Below are positions 8,791 to 18,739 of a stretch of DNA of 64,000 nucleotides, piece after piece. The notes under the pieces are model-generated. The model saw only the letters and a program-made list of their open reading frames with translations. It was not told where the DNA came from and made no database searches. Position 1 is the first letter of the stretch. Every line of letters begins with the position of its first letter. This DNA comes from Acidimicrobiaceae bacterium. Lineage in GTDB: Bacteria > Actinomycetota > Acidimicrobiia > Actinomarinales > Actinomarinaceae. A program made the translations under genes and the position numbers. Location of the stretch: the NCBI GenBank assembly GCA_028404505.1, contig JAOOBM010000003.1:12330-76329 (forward strand), given 5' to 3'.

Positions 8791-10056
8791 ATGAAAAATA
8801 AAATTTTTGCTTTAGTCGATTGTAATAACTTTTACGCATCTTGTGAGAGGGTGTTTAATCCAAAACTGGAAGGAAAACCTATCGTTGTTCTCTCAAACAA
8901 CGATGGATGTATTGTTGCAAGGTCAAATGAGGCAAAAGCGTTAGGCATTCCAATGGGTGCTCCACTATTTAAATATGAACAATTGATAAAGAGAAACAAT
9001 GTCCATGTATTTTCATCGAACTATACATTTTATGGAGACATGTCAGCAAGAGTAATGACATCTTTACGATCAATAGTTGGAGACATCGAAATCTATTCAA
9101 TTGATGAAGCTTTTTTAGATATTAGCAAGTTTTATTATTGCGACTTAACGGAGACAGCGAATGAAATACGGAGACTAATAAAGCAGTGGACAGGGATACC
9201 AATCTCGATTGGTATTGGACCCTCAAAAACCCTGGCAAAAGCTGCAAACAGACAAGCAAAAAAATATGAGGAATCAAATGTCTTTGATATACGTGAAGAG
9301 TCAGAGAGAGTAAGGGTTCTAAAAGACCTCGAACTAGAAGATATATGGGGTATCTCAACAAGATGGGGTAGAAGACTAAGAAAAATTGGTATAAATTCAG
9401 CATATGAACTCTCAACAGGAGATCCAAGACAGATACGAAAGACTCTGAGCATTGTAGGAGAGAGAATCTATCATGAGCTAAATGGCATATCATGTATGCA
9501 AATTGAAGAAGTTAAAAATAAGAAAAACATAATTTCTTCAAAGTCGTTTGGGAAAAAAGTAACAAAAGTATATGAACTTGAAGAAGCTGTTTCAACATAC
9601 GTTGCAAGAGCTTGTGAAAAGTTACGAGCTCAGAATTCAAGAGCTGGAGGTATTCACGTATTTTTAAGAACAAGTCCATTTATAGAAGATGAAAGAAAAT
9701 ATAGCAATGGAATGAGCTCTTTCTTTACAATTCCAACTAGTAATACTTCAAAAATAATCAAAGAAGCGAAAAGATTAACAAATAAACTTTTTTTGCCAAA
9801 TTATGAGTATCAGAAAATAGGCGTAATACTCTTGGATATATCTGATGCCAAATATGAACAGTTTAGTTTCTATGAGCATGAGAATTATGAGAGATCCGAT
9901 ATTCTCATGGATTCACTAGACCAGTTAAATGATAGATTTGGAAATGGAACTCTATTTATGGGAGCACAGGGAATTCAAAAAAACTGGAAAATGCGAGCTG
10001 ATAGAAAATCAGCTGCTTACACAACCAAATTGATAGACATTCCTAAAGTTGATTAA
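8791..10056 (+). CDS. umuC: Y-family DNA polymerase, UmuC-like
   Basis: N-terminus [48 protein letters not shown] is classic UmuC/Y-family. SIDEAFLD catalytic motif. Confidence 0.85.
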   Translation: MKNKIFALVDCNNFYASCERVFNPKLEGKPIVVLSNNDGCIVARSNEAKALGIPMGAPLFKYEQLIKRNNVHVFSSNYTFYGDMSARVMTSLRSIVGDIEIYSIDEAFLDISKFYYCDLTETANEIRRLIKQWTGIPISIGIGPSKTLAKAANRQAKKYEESNVFDIREESERVRVLKDLELEDIWGISTRWGRRLRKIGINSAYELSTGDPRQIRKTLSIVGERIYHELNGISCMQIEEVKNKKNIISSKSFGKKVTKVYELEEAVSTYVARACEKLRAQNSRAGGIHVFLRTSPFIEDERKYSNGMSSFFTIPTSNTSKIIKEAKRLTNKLFLPNYEYQKIGVILLDISDAKYEQFSFYEHENYERSDILMDSLDQLNDRFGNGTLFMGAQGIQKNWKMRADRKSAAYTTKLIDIPKVD

Positions 10057-11282
10057 CTTTCGATTGTTTTCCAGAAAGATCTTGTTCTAATAAACCAAAA
10101 AAGTCCAACGGAAAATCCTAAAGTCGGAAATATTTTAAATAAAGTTAAGACGTCATACTGAGTAGCCAAGTATCCAATAATAAGATTTGAGTTTGTAAAC
10201 ATTAAAAAATAAAAAGAGTAATCCAAACCTGCAATTCGTCCTCGAATATTATCAGGGGTCAAAATTTGTATACCGTAAGATGAAAAAGCCCATTGTGCAC
10301 CTCCACCACAGTGACCTAGGACAAGAAGAAGAGTTGTTATATATAAGCTAGGTGAGAAGGTTATTAGAAAGTAGAAAATACCCCAGATCATTATGCAGGG
10401 ACCAATAGTTGAAAGAAGTTTCTGATCTGTTTTTCCAAAAAAGTACCTAAACATTACTGGCCCTATAAATGCACCAACGCCACGAGCACTCCACATTAAA
10501 CCTGCTCCAAAATCACCAGTGTTGTATATGTCTAATGAAAGTATTGTAAACAATGAAAGTAAGCCAGCAGCTGAGATACCAAACATTCCCTTTGTTATGG
10601 TTAAATAGAATATTTTTTTATCTGATAAAACAAAATTCAGTCCATCTCGAAATTTTACTCTATTGCTATTGTCAACATTTCCTGAATTTTCATTTAAGTT
10701 TGTTTTAATTAGAAATACAAGGAATGCTGAGAACATAAAAGACAGAAAGTTTATGGTGAACAATTGATTTCTTGATAAAAATTCAGATAAAAATCCACCA
10801 AGTCCAGCCCCAAGTCCAGCAGCAATTCCCCATGTTGAGAAATTAAGTACATTTGCTTCAGGTAAATTTTCTCTTAATACTACATTTGGCAAGGCAGCAT
10901 CTGAAGCAGGCATATAAGCAGAATTTACAACGCCTAAAAAGGAAAAAGAAATAAGGATAAATAAAACATTTTCCGTAGATACAGAATACATAATCAATAA
11001 GACAGCACATCCGGATAGAAATTCCGAAACAGCAATTACAACTTTTCTGTCGAATTTATCAGCAAGATATCCTCCAAAACTACCAAGTATGACATAGGGA
11101 GCACTTTGTACTACAAGAACAATGGAAGTTATCAGCGGACTATTGGTAAGTTCATAAATAATGCTTAAAAGTGGAACTGTTAAAAACCAGTCACCCATAT
11201 AAGTTATAAACTTCGCATAAAAAAGTTTTTGAAAATCTTTATTTTTAGTTAATAAAAAAGTGTATTTCTCAAAGTTATCCAT
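10053..11282 (-). CDS. MFS transporter
   Basis: 409 aa, about 12 predicted TM helices. [11 protein letters not shown] loop motif between TM2 and TM3. Confidence 0.75.
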   Translation of the reverse strand: MDNFEKYTFLLTKNKDFQKLFYAKFITYMGDWFLTVPLLSIIYELTNSPLITSIVLVVQSAPYVILGSFGGYLADKFDRKVVIAVSEFLSGCAVLLIMYSVSTENVLFILISFSFLGVVNSAYMPASDAALPNVVLRENLPEANVLNFSTWGIAAGLGAGLGGFLSEFLSRNQLFTINFLSFMFSAFLVFLIKTNLNENSGNVDNSNRVKFRDGLNFVLSDKKIFYLTITKGMFGISAAGLLSLFTILSLDIYNTGDFGAGLMWSARGVGAFIGPVMFRYFFGKTDQKLLSTIGPCIMIWGIFYFLITFSPSLYITTLLLVLGHCGGGAQWAFSSYGIQILTPDNIRGRIAGLDYSFYFLMFTNSNLIIGYLATQYDVLTLFKIFPTLGFSVGLFWFIRTRSFWKTIES

Positions 11283-11333
11283 GACTCATTTACTGTAACT
11301 GCTCACTGATTTATGAGTGTTATAATTAATTTT

Positions 11334-12065
11334 ATGAAAACTGTACTTATCACAGGAGGGACCAGGGGTATTGGTCTTGCAATCGCTGAAAAATATTTAA
11401 GTGATGGAGATTCTAATGTAGTTGTTACAGGAAGAAAACCTGACACCTTAGAAGAACTTCAAAATTCTGTAAATAACGATAATTTTCATACAATTATGGC
11501 AAAAGCTGATGATGAAGAAGCCGCTGATCGTACTTGTAAAGAAATAAATGAAAAATTTGGATCTCTTGATATTTTGATCAACAATGCAGGAACAAATCCT
11601 GCTGGTGGAAACTTAATGGATGTTGATATGGGAGCTCTTGAAAAAACATGGGCAGTAAATCAAAAAGGTCCTTTACTTTGGGCAAGAGCAGCATACAAAA
11701 ATGAATTAAGCACAGCTATTATGAACATCTGTTCTGTAGCAGGATATTTTCCGTCTGATCTAATGGGGGCATATAATATTTCTAAAGCTGCTCTAATTTA
11801 CATGACAAAGCAGCTTGCTTATGAATTAGCACCTGATATCAGAGTAAATGGTGTTGCTCCGGCAATTGTTAGAACAAGGCTCTCACAACTTTTATGGGAA
11901 AATGAAGAATATTCAAAAAATCTTCATTTGCTTCAAAAACTTGGAGAACCAGAAGATATTGCAGAAGCGGTATATTTCCTATGCTCAGAAGAAGCTGGCT
12001 GGATAACTGGGGAAATACTAACTGTTGATGGTGGGTTTAGTATTAACGGAAATTCTTTATCCTAG
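11334..12065 (+). CDS. SDR family oxidoreductase
   Basis: TGGTRGIG cofactor motif, NNAG, YNISKAA catalytic motif. ATG at 11334 is preferred over 11313 because TATAAT (11321..11326) lies 7 nt upstream and the protein then begins MKTVLITGG. Confidence 0.8.
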   Translation: MKTVLITGGTRGIGLAIAEKYLSDGDSNVVVTGRKPDTLEELQNSVNNDNFHTIMAKADDEEAADRTCKEINEKFGSLDILINNAGTNPAGGNLMDVDMGALEKTWAVNQKGPLLWARAAYKNELSTAIMNICSVAGYFPSDLMGAYNISKAALIYMTKQLAYELAPDIRVNGVAPAIVRTRLSQLLWENEEYSKNLHLLQKLGEPEDIAEAVYFLCSEEAGWITGEILTVDGGFSINGNSLS

Positions 12066-12505
12066 TCATTCCAAACATTCAAACATAATTCTTCATCAAA
12101 GTATCTATTTATATAATTTTTTCCTATAAATGTAGGTTGCTTTATGATGGCCTCTATCAGCCAAATTTTTGTACCATTAACTAAATGTCCTCCAAATGCC
12201 TTACCATCTTTATCAGATACAGATATATGGATATGAACCAATGGTTTATTTTCAAATAATGTGATGTTTCCAAGACCACTCAGTACCTCAAAACCACCAT
12301 CAAAAAAGTGATCTTCGTATTCTTTAGTTTCTTGGTTAAAGTAAACAACATTTAAATTTTGAACAGCACCTATAAATGAAATTTCAGCAGTCTTTATTTT
12401 ATTGTTGATTGCATATTCAGTTAATGATTCGAGTAAATAGGTATCCTTATCAAATTTTACATAGTGAACTTTTTGTCTATTTACTTTATATTTACGGGTG
12501 TACAT
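12062..12505 (-). CDS. PPC (DUF296) domain protein
   Basis: LVHIHISVSDKDGKAFGGHL is the typical DUF296/PPC signature. 147 aa. Confidence 0.65.
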   Translation of the reverse strand: MYTRKYKVNRQKVHYVKFDKDTYLLESLTEYAINNKIKTAEISFIGAVQNLNVVYFNQETKEYEDHFFDGGFEVLSGLGNITLFENKPLVHIHISVSDKDGKAFGGHLVNGTKIWLIEAIIKQPTFIGKNYINRYFDEELCLNVWND

Positions 12506-12519
12506 TTATTACAGCTTAA

Positions 12520-13458
12520 CTAACCTATAAAATATTTTGCAAGCTCGTGATAGACGGGTATGCCAATGATTATGTTAAAAGGAAAAGTCACACCTAAGCT
12601 CAAACCAAGATAAATTGCTGGATTTGCATCTGGAATTGCATCTTTAACTACTGCTGGAACAGCAATATAGCTTGCACTGGCCGTCAAAACCATAAGTAAT
12701 GTTGCATTTCCAATTGAAAGTGCAAAATAGTTTGATGCAAATAATGCTAAAAGAGATCCTATAAGGGGAGTGATCAATGCAAAAAGTATTAAAGTTTTAC
12801 CCTTACCCTTTAGCTCTTTAAGTCTTTTAGCTACACGAGTTCCCATCACAAATAAAAATAAATATAAAACATATTCAAACAAAGTATCAGTGAAGAATTC
12901 AACATTATCTGAAATTGTGCCTTCGATACTAAAGCCAATTATCAGTGAGGATATTAACAATACATTTGGCACTTCTAAAAATGCTGTTTTTATTATTTCA
13001 AAATTATTTTGGTCAACGTTACGTTTTCTTGTAATAAGAAAAAGTGCCATAAAAATTGCAGGGAATTCCATTACAACGAGAACAGCTGACATATAGTCAT
13101 CAAATGCTTGAGAGTTTGTCGATAAATAGGATATTGCAGTAACAAAAGTGATTGCACTTACAGAACCGTATGTGCCAGAAAGAGCAGCTGCATCATCAAT
13201 ATTTAAATTATTTCTTAAGTATAAATAAGAAAGTATAGGAATAAGCAATGCAAAAAATATTCCAAGGGATATAGCGTTAACAACTTCGCTTGTGAATCCG
13301 TTTTGTTGCAAACTGATACCACCTTTTAGACCCAATGAAAGAAGCAAGTAATATCCTAAATATTTTGATAGAGCTGGTGGCAGTGTATCGTTAAATATTC
13401 GTCCAATGATGATCCCAGAAATAAATAAAATAATTGCTGGATTAAGTATGGCTTCCAT
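12520..13458 (-). CDS. sodium-dependent bicarbonate transport (SbtA) family permease
   Basis: N-terminus ILNPAIILFISGIIIGR...YLLLSLGLKGGISL matches the SbtA-family pattern. Polytopic membrane protein. Confidence 0.7.
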   Translation of the reverse strand: MEAILNPAIILFISGIIIGRIFNDTLPPALSKYLGYYLLLSLGLKGGISLQQNGFTSEVVNAISLGIFFALLIPILSYLYLRNNLNIDDAAALSGTYGSVSAITFVTAISYLSTNSQAFDDYMSAVLVVMEFPAIFMALFLITRKRNVDQNNFEIIKTAFLEVPNVLLISSLIIGFSIEGTISDNVEFFTDTLFEYVLYLFLFVMGTRVAKRLKELKGKGKTLILFALITPLIGSLLALFASNYFALSIGNATLLMVLTASASYIAVPAVVKDAIPDANPAIYLGLSLGVTFPFNIIIGIPVYHELAKYFIG

Positions 13459-13510
13459 TCAAATAGAAATGATAGTAAGCAAATCAATATTTAAGAGTTT
13501 TATTAAAAAT

Positions 13511-14275
13511 TTATTTTAATTGATCAATAACTTCTTTTGCCGTATCAATATCAACTGGATTTTCAACATTTCCATCTTTTTTAAAACTTGTTCCAATAAT
13601 CAAAATATCTGCAATATTTTCATATTGATTAATGTTTGTATGATCAACTCCTGATCCAATTGCTAATTTTCCAACAGGAACTATCTCTCTAACCTTTGTA
13701 AGGTCATCCATATTTATTTGATGACCAGTTCCATCACCCGTTACAATAACAACATCTGCACCAGCTCTGTTTATTAATTCTTCTGCATGATTTTCTATTT
13801 TCGAACCCTCTGGTGGTACTGCGTGTTTAACAAACACATCAGCATATATTTCAATATCATTATTTAGATTTTTTTTAAAATCAGAAATTTCATGTGCTTC
13901 ACCTTCAATTATTCCCTGGTCGGTAAACATCATTACATTATTTAAAACATTAATCCTTACAAAATCTGAATTCGTAGCTTCTGCAATTGATAGAGCTGCT
14001 ATTCCATCATTTCTTAAAACATTTATACCAACTTTTAAATCTGAATTTATTTCTAACTTTTGTACAACAGAAGTAAAACTAGCAAGAGTTCTTTTTGAAA
14101 TATCATTTTTTACAAAAGGTACATCACCAAAGTTTTCGATAATAATTCCATCAACCCCAGCAGTATATAAATTTTCTACATCTTTTTGGGCAAGTTTGGT
14201 GATCTCATCTAATCCTAAGGAATTTGACGGTGAACCCGGCAAAGCTTTTAAATGAACTACGCCATGGATGATCAT
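13511..14275 (-). CDS. BtpA/SgcQ family protein
   Basis: IIHGVVHLKALPGSP N-terminus and TIM-barrel-like pattern (IIENFGDVPF) are typical of the BtpA family. Confidence 0.7.
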   Translation of the reverse strand: MIIHGVVHLKALPGSPSNSLGLDEITKLAQKDVENLYTAGVDGIIIENFGDVPFVKNDISKRTLASFTSVVQKLEINSDLKVGINVLRNDGIAALSIAEATNSDFVRINVLNNVMMFTDQGIIEGEAHEISDFKKNLNNDIEIYADVFVKHAVPPEGSKIENHAEELINRAGADVVIVTGDGTGHQINMDDLTKVREIVPVGKLAIGSGVDHTNINQYENIADILIIGTSFKKDGNVENPVDIDTAKEVIDQLK

Positions 14276-14278
14276 AAA

Positions 14279-15016
14279 TTAAATTTTTGCGTGCTGTAGT
14301 TTTAGATATTTTTTTGCAAAATCCCCCTCAACTGAAAGAGTTGGTTTGAATCCCTTATTTGTCCTACCAGTTACAATCCTACACCAGTCACTTGCATTTC
14401 CTTTAATACTATTTTCTGACTTCTCATTTCCAAATTGCCACGCTCTGTATTCAGGACCAATTAATTCAATTCTCAAATCTTTAAACTTGACTTTGTTCTG
14501 TTTACTTGTGTGTTCTGCATTTAGCCATCCAAATAATGCAACATGTTCAATTCTTACTGTATCTTCATAATCTTTTTTCATACTGTCGTAAATGTCTAAG
14601 CCATGAGCCCAAGTTTCAGCTAATTTTGTAGATGAAAATGTGAGATAATCAATTTCGTTATTCCACCATTTTATTTTTTTTCCAGGAGATCCTTTAGCTA
14701 AAATTTCTACAACCTTTGCTCTTGAGAGTCTCCACCACTCAATAACATCTTGTGGTCTCATCTCATTACCTTTTTTTATACATTCTTTTTCAAATTTTTC
14801 TAACCCTTTTGGCCCCCTGTATTTATTGAAATCGGTACCTTTCTTTTTCATTGCGTTAAGCGCTAGATCTTCCAGTCCTGCTAGATAACTTACATGATTT
14901 GTGATGTTCCAATTCTTAAAGGTTGTTTTGGTATCCCAATTTCTTACAGGAATACTTTGTAAGTATTGATCTAGAAGTTGCTGTTCAGCTACAAGACTGC
15001 TTAATAAATCTTTCAC
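14279..15016 (-). CDS. DinB-like / mycothiol-dependent maleylpyruvate isomerase family metal-binding protein (TIGR03084-like)
   Basis: N-terminal DinB-type helix bundle pattern (LLSSLVAEQQLLDQYL..W...T....W.I..HV) with a conserved C-terminal part. Family assigned from memory. Confidence 0.55.
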   Translation of the reverse strand: MKDLLSSLVAEQQLLDQYLQSIPVRNWDTKTTFKNWNITNHVSYLAGLEDLALNAMKKKGTDFNKYRGPKGLEKFEKECIKKGNEMRPQDVIEWWRLSRAKVVEILAKGSPGKKIKWWNNEIDYLTFSSTKLAETWAHGLDIYDSMKKDYEDTVRIEHVALFGWLNAEHTSKQNKVKFKDLRIELIGPEYRAWQFGNEKSENSIKGNASDWCRIVTGRTNKGFKPTLSVEGDFAKKYLKLQHAKI

Positions 15017-15107
15017 AGTTCAATTTTAATTGTGAAACTCTCTTACTCCAATAGGAACATCAAATAAAATACTTTATTTATGATTTAAATCTACGTATTA
15101 TCTATAT

Positions 15108-15317
15108 ATGAAGAAAATCATAAAGTTAGTAATATCGACAATTTTAATAAAAGTATTTTATGACGTTTTTAATGAAAACAAGTTTGTTAAAGAACAGATT
15201 GATAAATTAAAAGAAGAAGTTACAAATTTAGAAATGTCTGATATCGATCAGAAAATTAAAGATTTTCAAAATAAAATCGACGGTTTTAAAAATAAAAATC
15301 AAGACTCTCCGGAGTAA
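15108..15317 (+). CDS. hypothetical small protein (N-terminal hydrophobic helix plus coiled-coil-like K/E-rich tail)
   Basis: ORF only; no recognisable family. Confidence 0.3.
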   Translation: MKKIIKLVISTILIKVFYDVFNENKFVKEQIDKLKEEVTNLEMSDIDQKIKDFQNKIDGFKNKNQDSPE

Positions 15318-15401
15318 AATATCTGGAAATTACTAGGTAAAACATTCTCATATTGGCCAACTTGGCTCGTCAAGTTAATAACAACTGCTCATTCAAATAT
15401 T

Positions 15402-15770
15402 ATGAAATTCAATCATACATTTATTGGCAGAAAGCTAATAGGGGAGAATATTTTACTCCTAGAAACAGTTGGACGTAAATCAAATAAATTAAGAAAAACA
15501 CCTTTGACTTATGTTGTAATTGATGAAGGATATCTTGTTGCAGCCTCATATGGAGGGAGAGACAAAACTCCTGATTGGTTTTTCAACATAAATACAGACA
15601 AAGTAAAAATACTCGTAAATAAGGAATACAAAGATGCAAAGCCTTTAATTGTTGATGAACTTGAAAAGGAAGAGTATTGGAAACTATTAACTGATTTCTA
15701 TCCTACTTTTAATCTTTACAGGTCAAAAACAGAGAGAGATATTCCTTTAGTAAAACTTGTTACAAACTAG
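15402..15770 (+). CDS. deazaflavin (F420)-dependent nitroreductase family protein (DDN/DUF385)
   Basis: LLLETVGRKSNKLRKTPLTYVV...AASYGGRDKTPDWFFNI matches the DDN family core. The start is uncertain because the family-like N-terminal helix (WPTWLVKLITTAHSNI) lies upstream of the first ATG. Confidence 0.7.
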   Translation: MKFNHTFIGRKLIGENILLLETVGRKSNKLRKTPLTYVVIDEGYLVAASYGGRDKTPDWFFNINTDKVKILVNKEYKDAKPLIVDELEKEEYWKLLTDFYPTFNLYRSKTERDIPLVKLVTN

Positions 15771-16746
15771 GTTTTATATTTGGACCGTTTCTTACCACGG
15801 TATTCCATAGTGTCGAATAATGATCAAGGTCTTCAGGATTTACATGAGGAAGAACCATATTTTTCCATGTTTCATGCAAAGGATCTGAAGCATTTTTGTA
15901 CAAATCTAATCCAACGGGAATTCTTTCTACAACTGTTCTAAGACTCATTGGCGTTTCAATATTGATGCTTATGTCATCAGATAAAAATGAGTTATTAATT
16001 TCAATAGCCAATTTGATTATTAGATCTGTGAATTCATTTTGTAATTTTGGATATCGTTTTTTAAATATTGATTCAAGCTGTTCTTTGTTAGGAAAAGGTT
16101 TATCCCAAATAACCCATCGATCAGCAAATGCTTTGTTTAGAGTTTGTGTTCCCGCATAATCTCTTAAGCTCGTTGGATTCATTGTTCCAAAAATATATGA
16201 GTCATTTCTTAATTCAATAACTTCTCCATTAGGAAGCTCTAGTTTTTTATGTCTATCTAATAGTGAATGTAAAGCAAATAAAACTTCTGGTCCAGCTGCA
16301 TTTAATTCTGATAGATTAATAATGGAAGGTCCTCTTAGTGCTCTGGTTAATTCGCCATCCTGCCATTTGGAATCTGTTCCACCAACTCCATCTCCATATA
16401 ATTGAACTGAACCAAGTAAAGTCACGTCTCTAACTTCACCTGATAAAGGAATCCGATAGTATGGATAATTTAATTTTGCAGCTAATTGCTCTATGTCGTG
16501 ATCCTTACCTGTTCCCATATGTCCTTTAAGTGCAATATGAATCGGGATTTCATTTTTAAACGTATCTTCTTTGCTCTTAATAATTTGAGCTAATTTATAT
16601 TGAATTCCAAAGTCTACATAATTTTTATCTAACTCAGGTATGCGTTCGGCTCTTGATTCATAATCAGGAATTGATTTTGATAGCTTACATTCATTTAGCT
16701 TTATATCACCCTTACCAGTTGGGTTTTTAAATATCTGTTCAGCCAT
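15760..16746 (-). CDS. CobS-like / MoxR-class AAA+ ATPase with atypical Walker motifs
   Basis: GHMGTGKDHDIEQLAAKLNYPYYRIPL resembles CobS GYHGTGKSTHIEQVAARLNWP (recalled from memory). ATG at 16746 shares one nt with the upstream TGA. The track uses the TTG at 16749. Confidence 0.7.
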   Translation of the reverse strand: MAEQIFKNPTGKGDIKLNECKLSKSIPDYESRAERIPELDKNYVDFGIQYKLAQIIKSKEDTFKNEIPIHIALKGHMGTGKDHDIEQLAAKLNYPYYRIPLSGEVRDVTLLGSVQLYGDGVGGTDSKWQDGELTRALRGPSIINLSELNAAGPEVLFALHSLLDRHKKLELPNGEVIELRNDSYIFGTMNPTSLRDYAGTQTLNKAFADRWVIWDKPFPNKEQLESIFKKRYPKLQNEFTDLIIKLAIEINNSFLSDDISINIETPMSLRTVVERIPVGLDLYKNASDPLHETWKNMVLPHVNPEDLDHYSTLWNTVVRNGPNIKPSL

Positions 16747-18698
16747 CAAGCAACTCCTGTAGATTCTTCAATATTCTTTATAAGTATATCCTTTGTGATG
16801 TTTACTATTGAATGAATTAACTCTTCAGGTTCATTTATTTGGGTTTTATTTATATATTCTTTCCAAGTGCCTCTTTCTCCAATACCTATCCCAATTACAT
16901 CAATCCCAACTTTGGAAGCATAATTGATAGAACTTTTTAAATCCTCAAGCGATCCTCTTGTCATACCGTCTGACAGTACGGCTAAAAGTTTTGTTTTAGA
17001 ACCTTTTTCTAGAAGTCTTTTTGTAGAAAACATTATATTTCTTTCATCAACATTGGTTCCTCTTTCAAACATGCTTGCAGGTGGGTGATCCAAATTAGAT
17101 TCTATTTTGTCTAATGACTCCCTTAAGTTTCTTGAAAATTCAATTAAACCTATAAACTTTTCATAATTTTCTTTCCATGAATCATCAAACTTTTTAATAA
17201 AATAATGATTTGTTGTATTGAAATAATATTCAGCATTCGATCCATAATTTGTATTTAGCATCGAGGAAACAGCCATCTTTCTCTTTAAATATAATTCTTC
17301 ATTTTCTAATTCATCTGCAGCGAAGCTCCTATTAAAAATTGCTACTTCAAAATCAATATCTAATTCATGGCAGATTTGTGCAAGATAACTTGCTCCTATT
17401 AATGCCGCAGAGAGTGACCAGGGATAGAAATCACCTTTATCTTTTTCAAGCATTGATCCACTTCCATCAATTAGTAAAGATACCGCATAAGATTTGTTTG
17501 AAAGCCGCTGTTTTTGTTCAAACATTCTTTCATACCTACCTGATGCAAGCATTAGAGGAACATGTGGTGATAAATCGCCCTGATCATAACCACTGATTCT
17601 TAGCCTTTTTTTGTTATGTATAAAGTAAGGTTTTATTTTGTTTGTAACTTTGAATACGGGCAGATCCCATTCTTCCAACAGGGAGTTATAAGTATTTAAT
17701 CCATTTGTATATAAATTTTTAAATGATTTTGGTAAATTTGTACTCAGTAATTTTGATACTTTACCATTTGGAAGATAAACGGTTGAGGATGTTCCAACTT
17801 TTGAAACATGATCATCCATAAAGTTAAGCTTTTCATCTTCTGAATCTGCACCCTTTTTACCTAAGAATTTTTCCAAGGTATTACCTGAAGTAATGTTTGT
17901 ACTAGAAGGAATTAAGACTTTGTTTAAATCATCAATCACGGAGTCTTCAAAATTTTCTATTGATTCTCTACGTTCTCCCAATGTTTGGTTATCAACATCT
18001 GGTAATAGATTGTATCTTCTACAAATATCTGTAATTTCTATCGTTATATCAATAGTGTCTTCTATCAAGTTTTTATCATATGAAAAATTATCTAATACTC
18101 TTAAAGTTTCTTTTAAAGGTTCTTTAATATTTTTTGGATACTTTTCTACATCTAATTCAACATATCCTGTGATGTTATGAAAAAGCAATGTTAAAAATTT
18201 ATTGAAAGGCTTTAAATTTTTTATGTTGATACTAGATTCTTTATAAATATCCTCGAGGATTGATCTAAGCCCGTTAAAGTTTTTTACAAATTGAAACTCA
18301 TCATAGGAATGCACAAGTATTTCAAAAATGTATTTTCCAAATGGACCTGCGAGAACTTCAAGAACTTCATCAATGTTAGTTAACCCTTCAGTGTCATCTT
18401 TATATTTTGTGAGATCTTCATCAACATTAAAATTATATTCTTCCATAGAATGGATAGCCTCATGGACTACAGTTCCAATTATTAATTCCTTAAATTCAAG
18501 TTCTGAATCTGAAACTGCATTAACCAAAATAGATGGATTTATGTTGATCTCGTTCTTGTTTTTGCTTTTGGTTTTACCAAGATTAATAACAATATTTGCA
18601 TTATCAGTTTCGGATTGTATTAGTCGTGTAATTGCTGGACTAATTTTTTGAAATATTTCAATAATTTGAGTTTCTAAAGTTTTTTTCTTAAATTCCAT
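16746..18698 (-). CDS. VWA-domain protein with N-terminal HExxH region (CobT-like or metallopeptidase+VWA DUF2201-like)
   Basis: C-terminal VWA with MIDAS motif LLIDGSGSM and LAVLSDGMTRG. N-terminal VVHEAIHSMEEY is an HExxH motif. 650 aa, coupled to the AAA gene. Confidence 0.65.
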   Translation of the reverse strand: MEFKKKTLETQIIEIFQKISPAITRLIQSETDNANIVINLGKTKSKNKNEININPSILVNAVSDSELEFKELIIGTVVHEAIHSMEEYNFNVDEDLTKYKDDTEGLTNIDEVLEVLAGPFGKYIFEILVHSYDEFQFVKNFNGLRSILEDIYKESSINIKNLKPFNKFLTLLFHNITGYVELDVEKYPKNIKEPLKETLRVLDNFSYDKNLIEDTIDITIEITDICRRYNLLPDVDNQTLGERRESIENFEDSVIDDLNKVLIPSSTNITSGNTLEKFLGKKGADSEDEKLNFMDDHVSKVGTSSTVYLPNGKVSKLLSTNLPKSFKNLYTNGLNTYNSLLEEWDLPVFKVTNKIKPYFIHNKKRLRISGYDQGDLSPHVPLMLASGRYERMFEQKQRLSNKSYAVSLLIDGSGSMLEKDKGDFYPWSLSAALIGASYLAQICHELDIDFEVAIFNRSFAADELENEELYLKRKMAVSSMLNTNYGSNAEYYFNTTNHYFIKKFDDSWKENYEKFIGLIEFSRNLRESLDKIESNLDHPPASMFERGTNVDERNIMFSTKRLLEKGSKTKLLAVLSDGMTRGSLEDLKSSINYASKVGIDVIGIGIGERGTWKEYINKTQINEPEELIHSIVNITKDILIKNIEESTGVA

Positions 18699-18739
18699 TT
18701 TTTATCATTATCATTAAAGACTGATAATACAAGTATAAG

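Noticed and set aside
15108-15770. Possible stop-codon read-through joining the 69-aa ORF to the DDN-family gene (same frame, single TAA at 15315..15317)
   Set aside because: Two adjacent ORFs share a frame one time in three by chance. The stop is TAA, not a recoding-prone UGA, and no downstream structure was seen. The real issue is only that the family-like N-terminal helix (15318..15401) lacks a canonical start codon, so the DDN start remains uncertain.
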